A program made the position numbers and the translations under genes. The notes beneath the pieces are model-generated. The model made no database searches. It had not been told where the DNA came from and was given only the letters and a program-made list of their open reading frames with translations. A stretch of DNA of 64,000 bases from Patescibacteria group bacterium. Its GTDB lineage: Bacteria > Patescibacteriota > Saccharimonadia > UBA4664 > SCTI01. The DNA lies in the NCBI GenBank assembly GCA_004297735.1, contig SCTI01000002.1:192160-256159 (forward strand). Direction: 5' to 3'. This document shows, piece after piece, positions 23,472 through 33,114 of this stretch; positions within the stretch are counted from its first letter, which is position 1, and each line of letters opens with the position of its first letter.

Positions 23472-24005
23472 ATGAAAGATGAAAATATTATTAAAAAGCT
23501 TTTACAAAATATTGGTGAAGATCCTGAGCGTGAAGGCCTGGTTAAAACACCGGTTCGCTATCTTGATTTTATTCGTCAAGCAACTAGCCCGAAACCAATC
23601 GATTTTACTACCTTTGACGCCGAAAACTATGACGAGATGATCGTCCAAAAACAGATCCGGTTTTACAGCTTATGCGAGCACCACCTTCTCCCCTTTTTTG
23701 GCACCGGTGTAATTGCCTATGTGCCCAACAAACGAATCGTGGGGCTGTCTAAGCTGGCTCGCACCCTGGATCACCACAGTAAGCGACTGCAAAACCAGGA
23801 GCGCATCACCACACAGGTGGCCGATGAACTCGAAGCGGTGCTCAAACCTAAGGGAGTGGCGGTGATTTTGTCGGCCCGCCATATGTGCATGGAGATGCGC
23901 GGGGTTTGCCAGCCCGAAGCGGTTACAACCACCTCGCGATTAACTGGAGTGTTTAAGTCGCGGCCCGAAACTCGAACCGAACTGTTGAGGTTGGCTTCCA
24001 TATAA
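23472..24005 (+). CDS. folE: GTP cyclohydrolase I (FolE type 1)
   Basis: SLCEHHLLPFFGTGVIAYVPNKRIVGLSKLAR...RLQNQERIT active-site region; 177 aa. Confidence 0.85.
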   Translation: MKDENIIKKLLQNIGEDPEREGLVKTPVRYLDFIRQATSPKPIDFTTFDAENYDEMIVQKQIRFYSLCEHHLLPFFGTGVIAYVPNKRIVGLSKLARTLDHHSKRLQNQERITTQVADELEAVLKPKGVAVILSARHMCMEMRGVCQPEAVTTTSRLTGVFKSRPETRTELLRLASI

Positions 24006-24065
24006 TTACTTCGCCCCTAGGGGCTAATCTGCAAGCCAGATGGTATAATCTGGACGTACTTGCCT

Positions 24066-24141
24066 GCCCCGATAGCTCAGTGGATAGAGCGCCTCCGTCC
24101 TAAGGAGGGCGTCGGGAGTTCGAATCTCTCTCGGGGCGCCA
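24066..24141 (+). tRNA. tRNA-Arg (anticodon CCT)
   Basis: Acceptor gccccga/tcggggc; anticodon loop gtCCTaa; GGGAGTTCGAATC T-arm; CCA encoded. Confidence 0.8.
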
Positions 24142-24224
24142 GGAATTATAAATGCGAAACCCCGCCCCAGAGTTAGACTCCAGAGCGGGGCGAAAGGTTC
24201 GAGCCGATCCACGTTGTCAGCGAA

Positions 24225-24446
24225 CTACCGAGAGGCTGCTCTTGCCTTAATGGCTTGGTACAGGCTCTCGAGCTCGTCAACAAGCGATTCATCGTGAGGC
24301 ACTTCGCACTCATGGTGGTTCCTAGCCAAGTCGCATACCAACATTGGTACGGTCACCACCAAGACGACAACAGCACCTATGACAAGCCCCAGCATCACGG
24401 GAAGCGGGCGGAAGCCTGATTGACCGCTGACTTGGCGTCGTTCCAC
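24225..24446 (-). CDS. hypothetical small membrane protein (start uncertain)
   Basis: High-GC; one TM (LGLVIGAVVVLVVTVPMLV). Overlaps the upstream gene unless an internal start is used. Confidence 0.3.
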   Translation of the reverse strand: MERRQVSGQSGFRPLPVMLGLVIGAVVVLVVTVPMLVCDLARNHHECEVPHDESLVDELESLYQAIKARAASR

Positions 24447-24949
24447 GCCCTGATGTCGAGTCCCCTCATCACATCGATACCAGGTGAGCTATTCAGAGAG
24501 CGCGCCATGGCGTCCCCGGCGGCAGTCAGCTTCCGATACAGCTCCTCATCGATGAGGAGCTTCCTGGTGGGCGGCGTTTCCGGATCTGAGGATTGAACTG
24601 GGATGTCGCCTGGCTCGTCTTCGTGCTTGAAGCCGGCGACTCGGAGTGCAGCAGAGATCGCCGCCGCCATGCGAACATCACGAGGACACATGTCCGGAGG
24701 GTCATCGAACACCGCTAGCGCTTCGGCGATGGCCTTTTCGTTGTTGGATAGCTGCGCGACATCAGATGCGTTGATGATTTTGACTCCAGCCCCAAGCAGA
24801 AGCCATTGCTTGGACATCTCGATCAGGTTGAGAATCTTCCCTGGATCGATCTCCATCGACTGACCTTCATTCCACAACATGTTCGCGATCCTGCTCAACT
24901 CATCAAGGTCGAGGGGTCTGCGAACGGGAGTTTCAGCTTCGTCACTCAT
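24395..24949 (-). CDS. hypothetical protein (184 aa), high-GC
   Basis: Start at MSDEAETP with RBS aggtgg; the ORF-track start at 24997 lacks an RBS. Confidence 0.4.
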   Translation of the reverse strand: MSDEAETPVRRPLDLDELSRIANMLWNEGQSMEIDPGKILNLIEMSKQWLLLGAGVKIINASDVAQLSNNEKAIAEALAVFDDPPDMCPRDVRMAAAISAALRVAGFKHEDEPGDIPVQSSDPETPPTRKLLIDEELYRKLTAAGDAMARSLNSSPGIDVMRGLDIRAWNDAKSAVNQASARFP

Positions 24950-25122
24950 TCTGCCACCTAATTGGTCGACATTTACATTTCTTGCCGCCAGTAACAACTA
25001 GCGCGCATGGCAGTAATAGTAAAATGCCACCAACCAACTAGCAAGCTTAAGGGTTACTGCAGCCCACATCGTCATCTTGCTCTGATAGATTTTCAATATT
25101 TGACTTTTTGTTTAAAAATAGA

Positions 25123-25132
25123 TACAATTGTA
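25123..25132 (+). promoter_or_regulatory. 10-bp perfect palindrome tacaattgta overlapping the -10 region upstream of vapB2; candidate operator
   Basis: Seen directly; TTGACT -35 at 25100-25105. Confidence 0.4.
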
Positions 25133-25138
25133 ACTACT

Positions 25139-25402
25139 ATGAGTATTTACGATGTCACAGTAATAAAAACCGGTAATTCCTATGCGCTTCGGGTTCCTAA
25201 GCGCTATATTGAAGATGCTCAGCTGGAGCTTGGCCAAAAGACCGCCATTCAACTGCCATCTCCTCAGGTCAAGCAAGACCGAAAACGGGTTCAAAGCTTG
25301 CTTGGACAGCTTCAACACATCGGCGCCTATAGCACTATTTCCGACCCGGTTGCATGGCAAAAAGCTGCTCGGGCTGATCGCAAACTTCCCGGCAGAAAGT
25401 AG
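25139..25402 (+). CDS. vapB: type II antitoxin, AbrB/MazE/SpoVT family (VapB-like)
   Basis: VIKTGNSYALRVPKRYIEDAQLELGQ swapped-hairpin motif; 87 aa from MSIYD. Confidence 0.7.
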   Translation: MSIYDVTVIKTGNSYALRVPKRYIEDAQLELGQKTAIQLPSPQVKQDRKRVQSLLGQLQHIGAYSTISDPVAWQKAARADRKLPGRK

Positions 25403-25407
25403 GACGC

Positions 25408-25773
25408 ATGATCCTGCTTGATACCAACGTATTTATCTACCTTGCCAATGGAACGCTTGACCCTAAGCTGATTGCTAAAACAGATATTGCCCACTCGAGC
25501 ATTACCGAAATTGAGGCGTTGGGATATGGCGCCATCCCAGCAAACGAGCTGCTCCTGCTCCAGTCGCTTTTTGATGAATCATACGGAATCGAGCTATCTC
25601 AGCCGGTAGTTGAGACGGCTATTCGCTTACGACAGGCTAAGCCAATGAGCCTTGGCGATGCCATAGTAGCGGCATCAGCCCAGGTGAATAATCTGCCGCT
25701 GTGGACCGCAAACACCGATGATTTTCGCCATATCGAGGGACTACAGCTCGTAAATCCGCTTAAACTTTCTTAA
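25408..25773 (+). CDS. vapC: type II toxin VapC (PIN domain)
   Basis: MILLDTNVFIYL PIN N-terminus; 121 aa; 5 nt after the antitoxin stop. Confidence 0.8.
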   Translation: MILLDTNVFIYLANGTLDPKLIAKTDIAHSSITEIEALGYGAIPANELLLLQSLFDESYGIELSQPVVETAIRLRQAKPMSLGDAIVAASAQVNNLPLWTANTDDFRHIEGLQLVNPLKLS

Positions 25774-25777
25774 GAAG

Positions 25778-26296
25778 TTAATTCTGAGTGTGCTTCTTGC
25801 GGCGTTGGGTAAAGGCCTCGTGCGGGGCCTCATACTCAAACAGCTCAGCCTCGCTAAACCAATGGGCAATCTCTTCCTTAGCCTCTTTAGGGTCGCCTGA
25901 AGCATGCAGGATGTTAACGATCCCAATCCCCTCGCCATCACCGTGACCGTAACTCATGTGAGCATAGTCGCCGCGGATAGTACCTGGTGCAGCCCCCTTT
26001 GGCTCGGTACTACCAACCATCTTGCGGACCAGTTCCACCGACTCAATACCTTCGAGCACCGCCGCGATAACCGGACCGGCCTGCATCATATCAACGGTGT
26101 TATCAAATATTTCCTGACCATGTCGGCTAACCATGGTGCCAATGGTTTCGTAGTGATGATGATAATGCTCACGATCGGGGTTGAGCATCTTCATGCCGAC
26201 AATCTTGAGGCCGGCGCGCTCAAACCGAGTTAAAACCTCGCCGACAATGCCGCGCTGAACCGCATCCGGCTTAAAAATAATTAAGGTTCGTTCCAT
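25778..26296 (-). CDS. ndk: nucleoside diphosphate kinase
   Basis: LIIFKPDAVQRGIVGEV, NILHASGD (the NxxHGSD active-site His region), YETIGTM; 172 aa. Confidence 0.75.
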   Translation of the reverse strand: MERTLIIFKPDAVQRGIVGEVLTRFERAGLKIVGMKMLNPDREHYHHHYETIGTMVSRHGQEIFDNTVDMMQAGPVIAAVLEGIESVELVRKMVGSTEPKGAAPGTIRGDYAHMSYGHGDGEGIGIVNILHASGDPKEAKEEIAHWFSEAELFEYEAPHEAFTQRRKKHTQN

Positions 26297-26325
26297 AATG
26301 TTTCTCCTGTCAGGTTATCTAATTT

Positions 26326-27609
26326 CTATGATCTGGTACCGGTAGCGGCGCGAAAGGCCTTAACCGCGGGAGCTGGATCAGGCGAGATAATGCCCAGTCG
26401 CAAACGATCTGGTGCCAGCATCTCAGCCGCCACTCGCTGAATTTCGGCGGCGGTAACCGCATCTAGCTCGGCCAGGGTCTCTTCGACACTACGAATACTC
26501 CCCAGTAATGTCAGCTGGGTTGATAGCCGATCAACCACGGCGCTGTTGTTTTCCATGGCCATTTGCAGTCCACCACGAATCTGGTTCTTGGCCTTATTCA
26601 GCTCCCCCTCTGGTACCGGCTGAGCAATAATCGTCCGCAGCTCTTCGCAAATAGCGGCGATGGCTTCGGGCACCTTGTCGTGACCAACGCCGGCGTACAC
26701 CTCAAAGGCGGCGGTGTCGGTAAAGGTCTCTAAGCCGGCGTTCACTCGGTAGGCCAAGCCCTTGCGCTCACGCACATTTAAAAACAGGCGTGAACTTAAG
26801 CCGCGACCGAGAATGGCCGCCATTAAACGGCTAGCCGCCTCCTTGGGGTGACGATACGGATAGCCGACCGTGCTTATAGCCAAATGGGTTTGAGCGGTAT
26901 CTTGGGCCAGGGTTTTGGTACGGTTACCGGTTAAAATCTGCTCAACCTTGGGCGAGACTGGAGCCGGCTGGTCGGTCATATCGCCGTACAGCTGCTCGGC
27001 CATGGCCACCAGCTTATCGTGATCAACCCGGCCGGCCGCGGCCACCACCATGTTGCCCGGTCGATAAAAAGTATCGCGGTGAGCAATGATTTCATCACGC
27101 TTAACCCGCTTGATCACCTTTTCGCTACCAATTATCTCCTCGGCTAATGGATGCCCCGGCCATAACAGATGTGGCGTTAAGCTGTGCACGTGGCTGGCTG
27201 GATCGTCGCGGTAAACATTCATCTCCTCGAGTACCACCCCTCGCTCACGATCGATTTCGCTGGCATCAAACAGCGAGTTGCGCATCATGTCGGCCAAAAT
27301 ATCCATGGCTAACTGCACCTGCTGGTACGGCACCTTAATGTAAAAGTTGGTTAGCTCATTGCTAGTGTAGGCGTTGGCGTAACCACCCACCGCATCAACT
27401 TGCTCGCTAATAATCTTGGTACTGGGTCGCTTTTTGGTGCCCTTAAAAAAGAGATGCTCTAAAAAGTGCGACACCCCACCGTTGGTCTTGAACTGCTCGT
27501 AGCGACTACCGACCCCGGTCGTCACCGACACGGTTGCACTATAAGCCTGAGGCATGGTTACACTAACCACTCTCAAGCCGTTTTTTAATGTCGTAATTTG
27601 ATGGTTCAT
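26326..27609 (-). CDS. M16-family zinc peptidase (insulinase/pitrilysin-like)
   Basis: HFLEHLFFKGT inverted zincin HxxEH motif; 427 aa covering both M16 halves. Confidence 0.8.
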   Translation of the reverse strand: MNHQITTLKNGLRVVSVTMPQAYSATVSVTTGVGSRYEQFKTNGGVSHFLEHLFFKGTKKRPSTKIISEQVDAVGGYANAYTSNELTNFYIKVPYQQVQLAMDILADMMRNSLFDASEIDRERGVVLEEMNVYRDDPASHVHSLTPHLLWPGHPLAEEIIGSEKVIKRVKRDEIIAHRDTFYRPGNMVVAAAGRVDHDKLVAMAEQLYGDMTDQPAPVSPKVEQILTGNRTKTLAQDTAQTHLAISTVGYPYRHPKEAASRLMAAILGRGLSSRLFLNVRERKGLAYRVNAGLETFTDTAAFEVYAGVGHDKVPEAIAAICEELRTIIAQPVPEGELNKAKNQIRGGLQMAMENNSAVVDRLSTQLTLLGSIRSVEETLAELDAVTAAEIQRVAAEMLAPDRLRLGIISPDPAPAVKAFRAATGTRS

Positions 27610-27618
27610 GGGGTGAGT

Positions 27619-28413
27619 TTACTGAATTCCGAGCATTAATAGCAATACGCCCACCGCGATGCGGTAGTAAGCAAACAGCGCTAGACCATGCTTGGCCAGA
27701 TAGCGCAGCATAAACCGAATGGCAAAGTAGCCACTAATAAAAGCTCCTAAAATGCCGGCAGCATAAATCACCGGCTCAGATAAAAGCTGATGCATATTCT
27801 CTGGCTTGAGCATAACCTTGGCGGTGGCGCCAAAGATAACCGGAGCCGATAGTAAAAACGAAAAACGGGTGGCGGCGGGGCCGGTCAATCCGGCAAACAA
27901 CCCGGCGCTGATGGTGATGCCGGAGCGAGAAACGCCTGGAATTAAAGCGATCGCCTGTGCGCACCCAATTGAGATAGCCCGCCCAAAACTCATGTCGGTT
28001 AGCTCTAGCTTACGCTTAGCAAAGCGGTCGGCGGCCAACATCACAAAGGCCACCAAAATTAAGTTAGCGGCCACAATCTGGGTTGAGCGCAGGGTGGTTT
28101 CGACGATTGGCTGCAGCAGCACACCGGCCAACACCGCCGGTACAGTTGCTGCCGCCATCATCCACGACAAACGGGTATGGTCGGTTTTTTTAACCAGCCC
28201 AATCAGCAGCTCCTTAATGTCATGGCGGAAAAAGATCAGCAGGGCAGCTAGCGTACCAATGTCTAAGGCGATATCAAAACCTAAACTACTGTACGGAAAG
28301 TTGAGTAAGTGACCAACAATTATCAAATGTCCGGAGCTGGACACCGGTATAAACTCGGTCAGGCCCTGTACACAGCCTAAAATGAATGCCTGAATCACGT
28401 TCCATAGTTGCAT
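27619..28413 (-). CDS. uppP: undecaprenyl-diphosphate phosphatase (UppP/BacA)
   Basis: GLTEFIPVSSSGHL N-terminal signature; 264 aa polytopic. Confidence 0.85.
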   Translation of the reverse strand: MQLWNVIQAFILGCVQGLTEFIPVSSSGHLIIVGHLLNFPYSSLGFDIALDIGTLAALLIFFRHDIKELLIGLVKKTDHTRLSWMMAAATVPAVLAGVLLQPIVETTLRSTQIVAANLILVAFVMLAADRFAKRKLELTDMSFGRAISIGCAQAIALIPGVSRSGITISAGLFAGLTGPAATRFSFLLSAPVIFGATAKVMLKPENMHQLLSEPVIYAAGILGAFISGYFAIRFMLRYLAKHGLALFAYYRIAVGVLLLMLGIQ

Positions 28414-28428
28414 AGCGACTATTATACC

Positions 28429-30318
28429 TTATGACGACGGTAGTTGTGACTGAGTTTGTTGTTGGATCTGATCCTTGAACATACGCAACTGCTCAACCGC
28501 CGGTTTCAGGCGAGTATCGGCGCTGCGATTGGCAATTACCTGATCGGTAAAGATGGTAAGGGCGGTATCGACGGTTTGTCGCGCGCCGTCCAGGTCGCCC
28601 TGCGATAGCTGCAACGCCACCAGATCAGCATAGTACTCGGCGTGGTTGTAGCGGTCGAGCTGCAAAGTGCGCTCAAAGGCCTGCTTAGCGGCCTGCGGGT
28701 TGCCGGCCAGTCGCTCAACTCGACCTAGCAAAAAGTAGTGTTGGGCATCAAGTGGATCACGCTGTATTGCTTGATTAGCCAGATCGCGCGCCTTGGCTAG
28801 ATTGGCCTGACGGTCGTTGTTGATTGAGGCCAACACAAAATAGTCGATTCCTTCGGCGTTCCACGAATCGGGGTCGTGAATAACAATTTGATGCGACTGC
28901 TGGTTGGCTTGAGCGGCCAAATCGAAGTCGCCATTATCGTTGTGAATCTCGGCATTTTGGCGGGCATGAACGCTTAAATAGTTAGCGCTGACAAGACCAA
29001 GCGTTAGGGCTAACAGCAGCATTATGGTTGGCCGAGCATGCCGCGGCGCGTCACTGCGAATCAAAGGTTGATAAACCAGGGCCAACAGAACTGCAACCAG
29101 TACCAACAGCGCCGGATAGCGCCCGTTAATATCGAGGCCAAAGTGAATCAACAGGGCGCCAGCGGCCAAAGCCAGAGGCGCGCACTGTGGGTGGCGACTA
29201 ACGCCGTTGATCACCCCGGCAATTATAAGCAAGAGCACCCAAGCCAGCAAACAGGCCCCCACAATCCCCTGCTCGGCCAAAGCTTGAACATAAATATTAT
29301 GCGGATCGGTACTGGCATTAGTAGCGCTGGTTTGATACTGCGGGTGAACCGTAGCAAAGGTACCGGCGCCGGTACCGGCGAGCGGATGATCCCACCAAAT
29401 TGCCAGACTATCCGACAGGTAGCTCAGTCGGTCTTTGCCACTGGTAGATTCACCCTGCGCCGCCTCGACATAACGTGAGCCCGGCTGAACCGCCTGATGG
29501 TTGCTTTTTAGTAGCGTTACGCCCCAGGCAGCCGCAAAACTCAGCACCGCCACCAGCAGTATGCCCTTCCACCGCTGACGCACCCTTTGACTGGCTGCAA
29601 AGCTCAGGCCTGCCACGAGCGCCAAGGTTAAGGTAGCGCCCCGTGAGTCGGTTAACCAAAAGCCGGTAGCGGTAATTAGCGCGACCACCATCATCCACCA
29701 CCAGCGGTAGCGCACGCCCCACCAGGTTGCTAGCAGCACCGCCGGCAGCAAATAGGCGGCCGCTGGGTTGGCCCAGTAAAAGGTGCTGGTAAAGCGGTCG
29801 TAGTCGCCGGTTAAGTACATATACAGGCCCGCCAAAACCATGATGGTCGCCATAATTAGGTAACCCCCAATTAGCCACTGGCGATTTAATCGGGGCTGAA
29901 CCACCGTAATTATGGCTGCCAGCGCCGCTAGCAGCATCATCATCAACCACAACTGGCTCTGGTACCGGTTTACCGACCACAGCTGCGACAGCGCTCCCCA
30001 ACTCAACCACACCCCGATTGAAATCGCTAAAACCGGACTCGATACCCCGTTTAAGCTGTAGCGGCGTAGGGCTAGCATCCCAGCCACCGCCAATCCGGCG
30101 GCGCTAATTAGCATTGCCAGGGCGTCACGACCCCCGGCCATCCAGGGGACAAAAGCCAGCAACAGGCCAAACACGATCAGCAAATCAGGAGCGCTGAGCT
30201 TTTGAGGCGTTAGCGCCTGAGGTGTAATTCGCTTAAAATCCGTCTGCCAAAATCTATTGGCGCTTTGACCGCTCAACCTACTCTCCTCCACATTGACTCT
30301 TCTTACCGATCCTACCAA
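28429..30318 (-). CDS. O-antigen ligase/polymerase-like (Wzy_C) polytopic membrane protein with C-terminal TPR repeats
   Basis: About 11 TM helices; WWDHPLAGTGAGTFATVHPQYQ Wzy_C loop; C-terminal region with three TPR-like repeats (HYFLLGRVERLAGNPQAAKQAFERTLQLD). Confidence 0.7.
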   Translation of the reverse strand: MVGSVRRVNVEESRLSGQSANRFWQTDFKRITPQALTPQKLSAPDLLIVFGLLLAFVPWMAGGRDALAMLISAAGLAVAGMLALRRYSLNGVSSPVLAISIGVWLSWGALSQLWSVNRYQSQLWLMMMLLAALAAIITVVQPRLNRQWLIGGYLIMATIMVLAGLYMYLTGDYDRFTSTFYWANPAAAYLLPAVLLATWWGVRYRWWWMMVVALITATGFWLTDSRGATLTLALVAGLSFAASQRVRQRWKGILLVAVLSFAAAWGVTLLKSNHQAVQPGSRYVEAAQGESTSGKDRLSYLSDSLAIWWDHPLAGTGAGTFATVHPQYQTSATNASTDPHNIYVQALAEQGIVGACLLAWVLLLIIAGVINGVSRHPQCAPLALAAGALLIHFGLDINGRYPALLVLVAVLLALVYQPLIRSDAPRHARPTIMLLLALTLGLVSANYLSVHARQNAEIHNDNGDFDLAAQANQQSHQIVIHDPDSWNAEGIDYFVLASINNDRQANLAKARDLANQAIQRDPLDAQHYFLLGRVERLAGNPQAAKQAFERTLQLDRYNHAEYYADLVALQLSQGDLDGARQTVDTALTIFTDQVIANRSADTRLKPAVEQLRMFKDQIQQQTQSQLPSS

Positions 30319-30368
30319 AGCGTAACCATAAACACCAGTAATCCAGTTCTGGCTGGTACAATAAAGAC

Positions 30369-31280
30369 ATGGGCTTACGCGACCTCATTACCGACTTTTT
30401 AGAGCATATGGAGATTGAGCAAAACCGCTCTCAAAAAACGGTGGCCAACTACGACCGCTACCTACAGCGATTGGTTGAGTTTGCCGGTGATATTTCAATC
30501 GATAAACTTGATGCCGAGCTGGTGCGCAAGTGGCGGCTGTGGCTCAATCGCCTAACCGATAATGGTGGCGAGTCAATTAGTAAAACCACCCAGAATTATC
30601 ACTTGATAGCCTTACGTAGTTTTTTAAAGTACCTGGCTAAGCGCGACATTCCGGCCTTAACCAGCGACAAGATTGAGCTGGCCACCGTTCAACGGCCGCA
30701 GGTAACCTTTTTAGATACCGACGAGCTCGAGCGCCTAGTGGGCGCCATCGATGTTTCGACCCCGGTCGGCCTGCGTGACCGCGCCATTATTGAGCTGCTG
30801 TTTAGTGGCGGATTACGCGTAAGTGAACTGGTGTCGCTCAACCGCGACCACATTAATTTAAAGCGACTGGAGTTTAGCATTCGCGGTAAGGGCCAAAAGG
30901 ATCGGTTGATCTTTATCTCCCCCACCGCCGCCGAGTGGCTCGATCAGTACCTCCACAGTCGTAAAGACAACTTTAAGCCCCTGTTTATTCATTACTCCGG
31001 CAGCAAAGACGGGCTGGACGACGGCGCCTATACCCGGCTGACCGCTCGCAGCGTGCAGCGGCTGGTTGGCCGATACGCGCGGCTGGCCGGCATCACCAAA
31101 CACGTTACGCCTCACACCCTGCGGCACTCCTTTGCCACCGATCTGTTGAGCAACGGAGCCGATCTGCGTAGTGTTCAAGGGTTACTGGGCCACGCCAACG
31201 TCTCAACCACCCAAATCTACACTCACCTCACCGACCCCCAGCTCAAAAAGGTTCACGAAAAGTTCCACCGAAAGCGCTAG
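30369..31280 (+). CDS. site-specific tyrosine recombinase XerC/XerD
   Basis: R...HxxR...Y active-site region LRHSFATDLLSNGADLRSVQGLLGHANVSTTQIYTHL; 303 aa. Confidence 0.85.
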   Translation: MGLRDLITDFLEHMEIEQNRSQKTVANYDRYLQRLVEFAGDISIDKLDAELVRKWRLWLNRLTDNGGESISKTTQNYHLIALRSFLKYLAKRDIPALTSDKIELATVQRPQVTFLDTDELERLVGAIDVSTPVGLRDRAIIELLFSGGLRVSELVSLNRDHINLKRLEFSIRGKGQKDRLIFISPTAAEWLDQYLHSRKDNFKPLFIHYSGSKDGLDDGAYTRLTARSVQRLVGRYARLAGITKHVTPHTLRHSFATDLLSNGADLRSVQGLLGHANVSTTQIYTHLTDPQLKKVHEKFHRKR

Positions 31281-31330
31281 TTTGATGGGCGGGATTAGCT
31301 TGCCGGGATTAGTTTAGCTTGCGGACGAGG

Positions 31331-32440
31331 CTAGTTGATCGGGCAAATATTTTCAAAGGCCTGCTCAAAGGTCCCTGGAATAGACAATACCTCTTGATCT
31401 TTGCAGATCGGGCCATCAGAGTACAGTACATTGGCAGAATCTAAGGGGCTAGATTTAACCGGCACTCTGACCTCCACCCGGCGGAGTGACGATCCAACTC
31501 TAGCAGTAATATCGGCTACTGCATCTGGCATTGGAATGGCATTTAGTTCAGTGGAGCCATTAAACACTCTTACGAATACTCTTGCGTCTTTTTCGCGAGC
31601 AGTCAGCCTCAAAACAGAGTTGTATGGTTGAGCTAAGCCTATATCCGATGCGCTAATGTGAGCAATTTTGGTCGCATTAGGCAGATTGAAAGAAGCCTTG
31701 TTTTCGCCCCCTAAGCGCTGGACACCAAAGGTTAATGCGTCGGTGTCGGGCTCCGGCAGACTTGAATCAAGCGGGTACAACGTATAGAACATGGCTCGAG
31801 CCACACACGGATCTTCCGCCCTAGCCGCACAATTAATGCTGGGGTCTAATATCGCCCCGCCTATACCGGTCGTAGTTGGGTTATCTGCATTAATATTGAA
31901 ATTAGTTAATGTCGCTTCCAGCTTTGGATCTTCGGAACGAGGCGTGTTGGTGGGATCGTTGCTAGTGGTTTTCAAACCCCAGTAAACATCAATGTGGCTA
32001 TAGTTTAAACCAGTAAGATCTAGCTCGAGCGTCTGGTTCTTCTTAAGATCAGTCGGGCTGTTAAAATTAACAGATCGGACACTTAGGCAGGTTACATCGC
32101 TTAGACCAAAAGCCGAAGCACTTAGGAAAGGGTCGCTTCCAGTTAAGTCCGAACTCTCTCCGCTGCCTGGCTGACAACCCTGGTTTAAGCCGGTAAGCTT
32201 AATATTTGGGTTAGGATCGCGCATATAATTTTTAATGTAGAGGGTAGCTAGGTCTGCACCACTTTCGGCAGCGTAATAGCTCTTTATACCACTCTCCAGG
32301 TCACTTGAATGTCTAAGCTCGCCCGTCATTAAACGAGCCAGTGAAACTATTAAAAGAGCCATGATCGTGCCGGTAATCGCAACCGCCACTAGAGAAGCTC
32401 CTCCTCGCTGACTTTTTAGAGCATCATTAAGTAAAATCAC
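31331..32440 (-). CDS. PilX-N-like type IV pilus assembly/minor component protein
   Basis: N-terminus QRGGASLVAVAITGTIMALLIVSLARLMTGELRHS resembles the PilX_N family; 369 aa secreted domain. Last gene of the pilus operon. Confidence 0.5.
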   Translation of the reverse strand: MILLNDALKSQRGGASLVAVAITGTIMALLIVSLARLMTGELRHSSDLESGIKSYYAAESGADLATLYIKNYMRDPNPNIKLTGLNQGCQPGSGESSDLTGSDPFLSASAFGLSDVTCLSVRSVNFNSPTDLKKNQTLELDLTGLNYSHIDVYWGLKTTSNDPTNTPRSEDPKLEATLTNFNINADNPTTTGIGGAILDPSINCAARAEDPCVARAMFYTLYPLDSSLPEPDTDALTFGVQRLGGENKASFNLPNATKIAHISASDIGLAQPYNSVLRLTAREKDARVFVRVFNGSTELNAIPMPDAVADITARVGSSLRRVEVRVPVKSSPLDSANVLYSDGPICKDQEVLSIPGTFEQAFENICPIN

Positions 32441-33114
32441 CGATTTACCCCCCTCAACGCTATACTCGTAGACACATTAGTAATCGAGCACCATTGTGCC
32501 GCAAACACTCCTCTACAGATAACATTATTTGGGTCAACCGTGGAGGGGTCTAGGTCGGCGGGCTGCAGGGCGTTTGTTGAAGCAACTGTCATCCTAAAGG
32601 TAACCAAATCCGAACCGGTTGCTACCACTTGAAAACGAAGAAACGATACGTTATCAGCGTTGGCAATTCGCTCACCCGAGCTAGAAGCTGGACGTTGACA
32701 TGAATCATTTTTACCCAAGCTCTGCTTCCATATCTCCTGTTGATTCTGACCTGTACTCAAGGTGTAAAACATCACCCCTTGCTCCCTATCGTCAGAAGTG
32801 TAAAAACAAACAACATCATGCTGTGTACTAACCGTGCCGCTAGATGCCGTTGTCTGCCCATAGCCAGCGGGTCCATTAACAACCGTTAATGCAGCTGCAC
32901 CCCTGCTCTCCCGAGCCAACTCCTCAACCACCAAGCGGGCAGTCTGCTGAGTATTACGAATACCGACTGTAGCCTGGTAAATTTTATATAGCTGCAAGAT
33001 TGTGCCAGAAATAATTACCAATACAAAGCTAAAAAGCGCCATCGCTATAATTAGCTCGATAAAAGTAAATCCACCTTGTTTTTTTAGCTGGGCTTTAATA
33101 ACTCTCATGATCAA
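32437..33114 (-). CDS. type IV minor pilin/pseudopilin (prepilin-type N-terminal cleavage/methylation domain)
   Basis: KQGGFTFIELIIAMALFSFVLVII class III signal (G|FTxxE); 225 aa. Confidence 0.65.
   Translation of the reverse strand: MIMRVIKAQLKKQGGFTFIELIIAMALFSFVLVIISGTILQLYKIYQATVGIRNTQQTARLVVEELARESRGAAALTVVNGPAGYGQTTASSGTVSTQHDVVCFYTSDDREQGVMFYTLSTGQNQQEIWKQSLGKNDSCQRPASSSGERIANADNVSFLRFQVVATGSDLVTFRMTVASTNALQPADLDPSTVDPNNVICRGVFAAQWCSITNVSTSIALRGVNR

Noticed and set aside
24160-24200. Hairpin ccccgc...gcgggg after tRNA-Arg, considered as a second tRNA-like or att structure.
   Set aside because: No cloverleaf can be folded. It is more simply a terminator for the convergent minus-strand genes.
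29450-30010. 186-aa minus-strand ORF in a different frame within the O-antigen-ligase gene.
   Set aside because: Alternative frame of a high-GC membrane-protein gene; Gly/Ala-rich low complexity.
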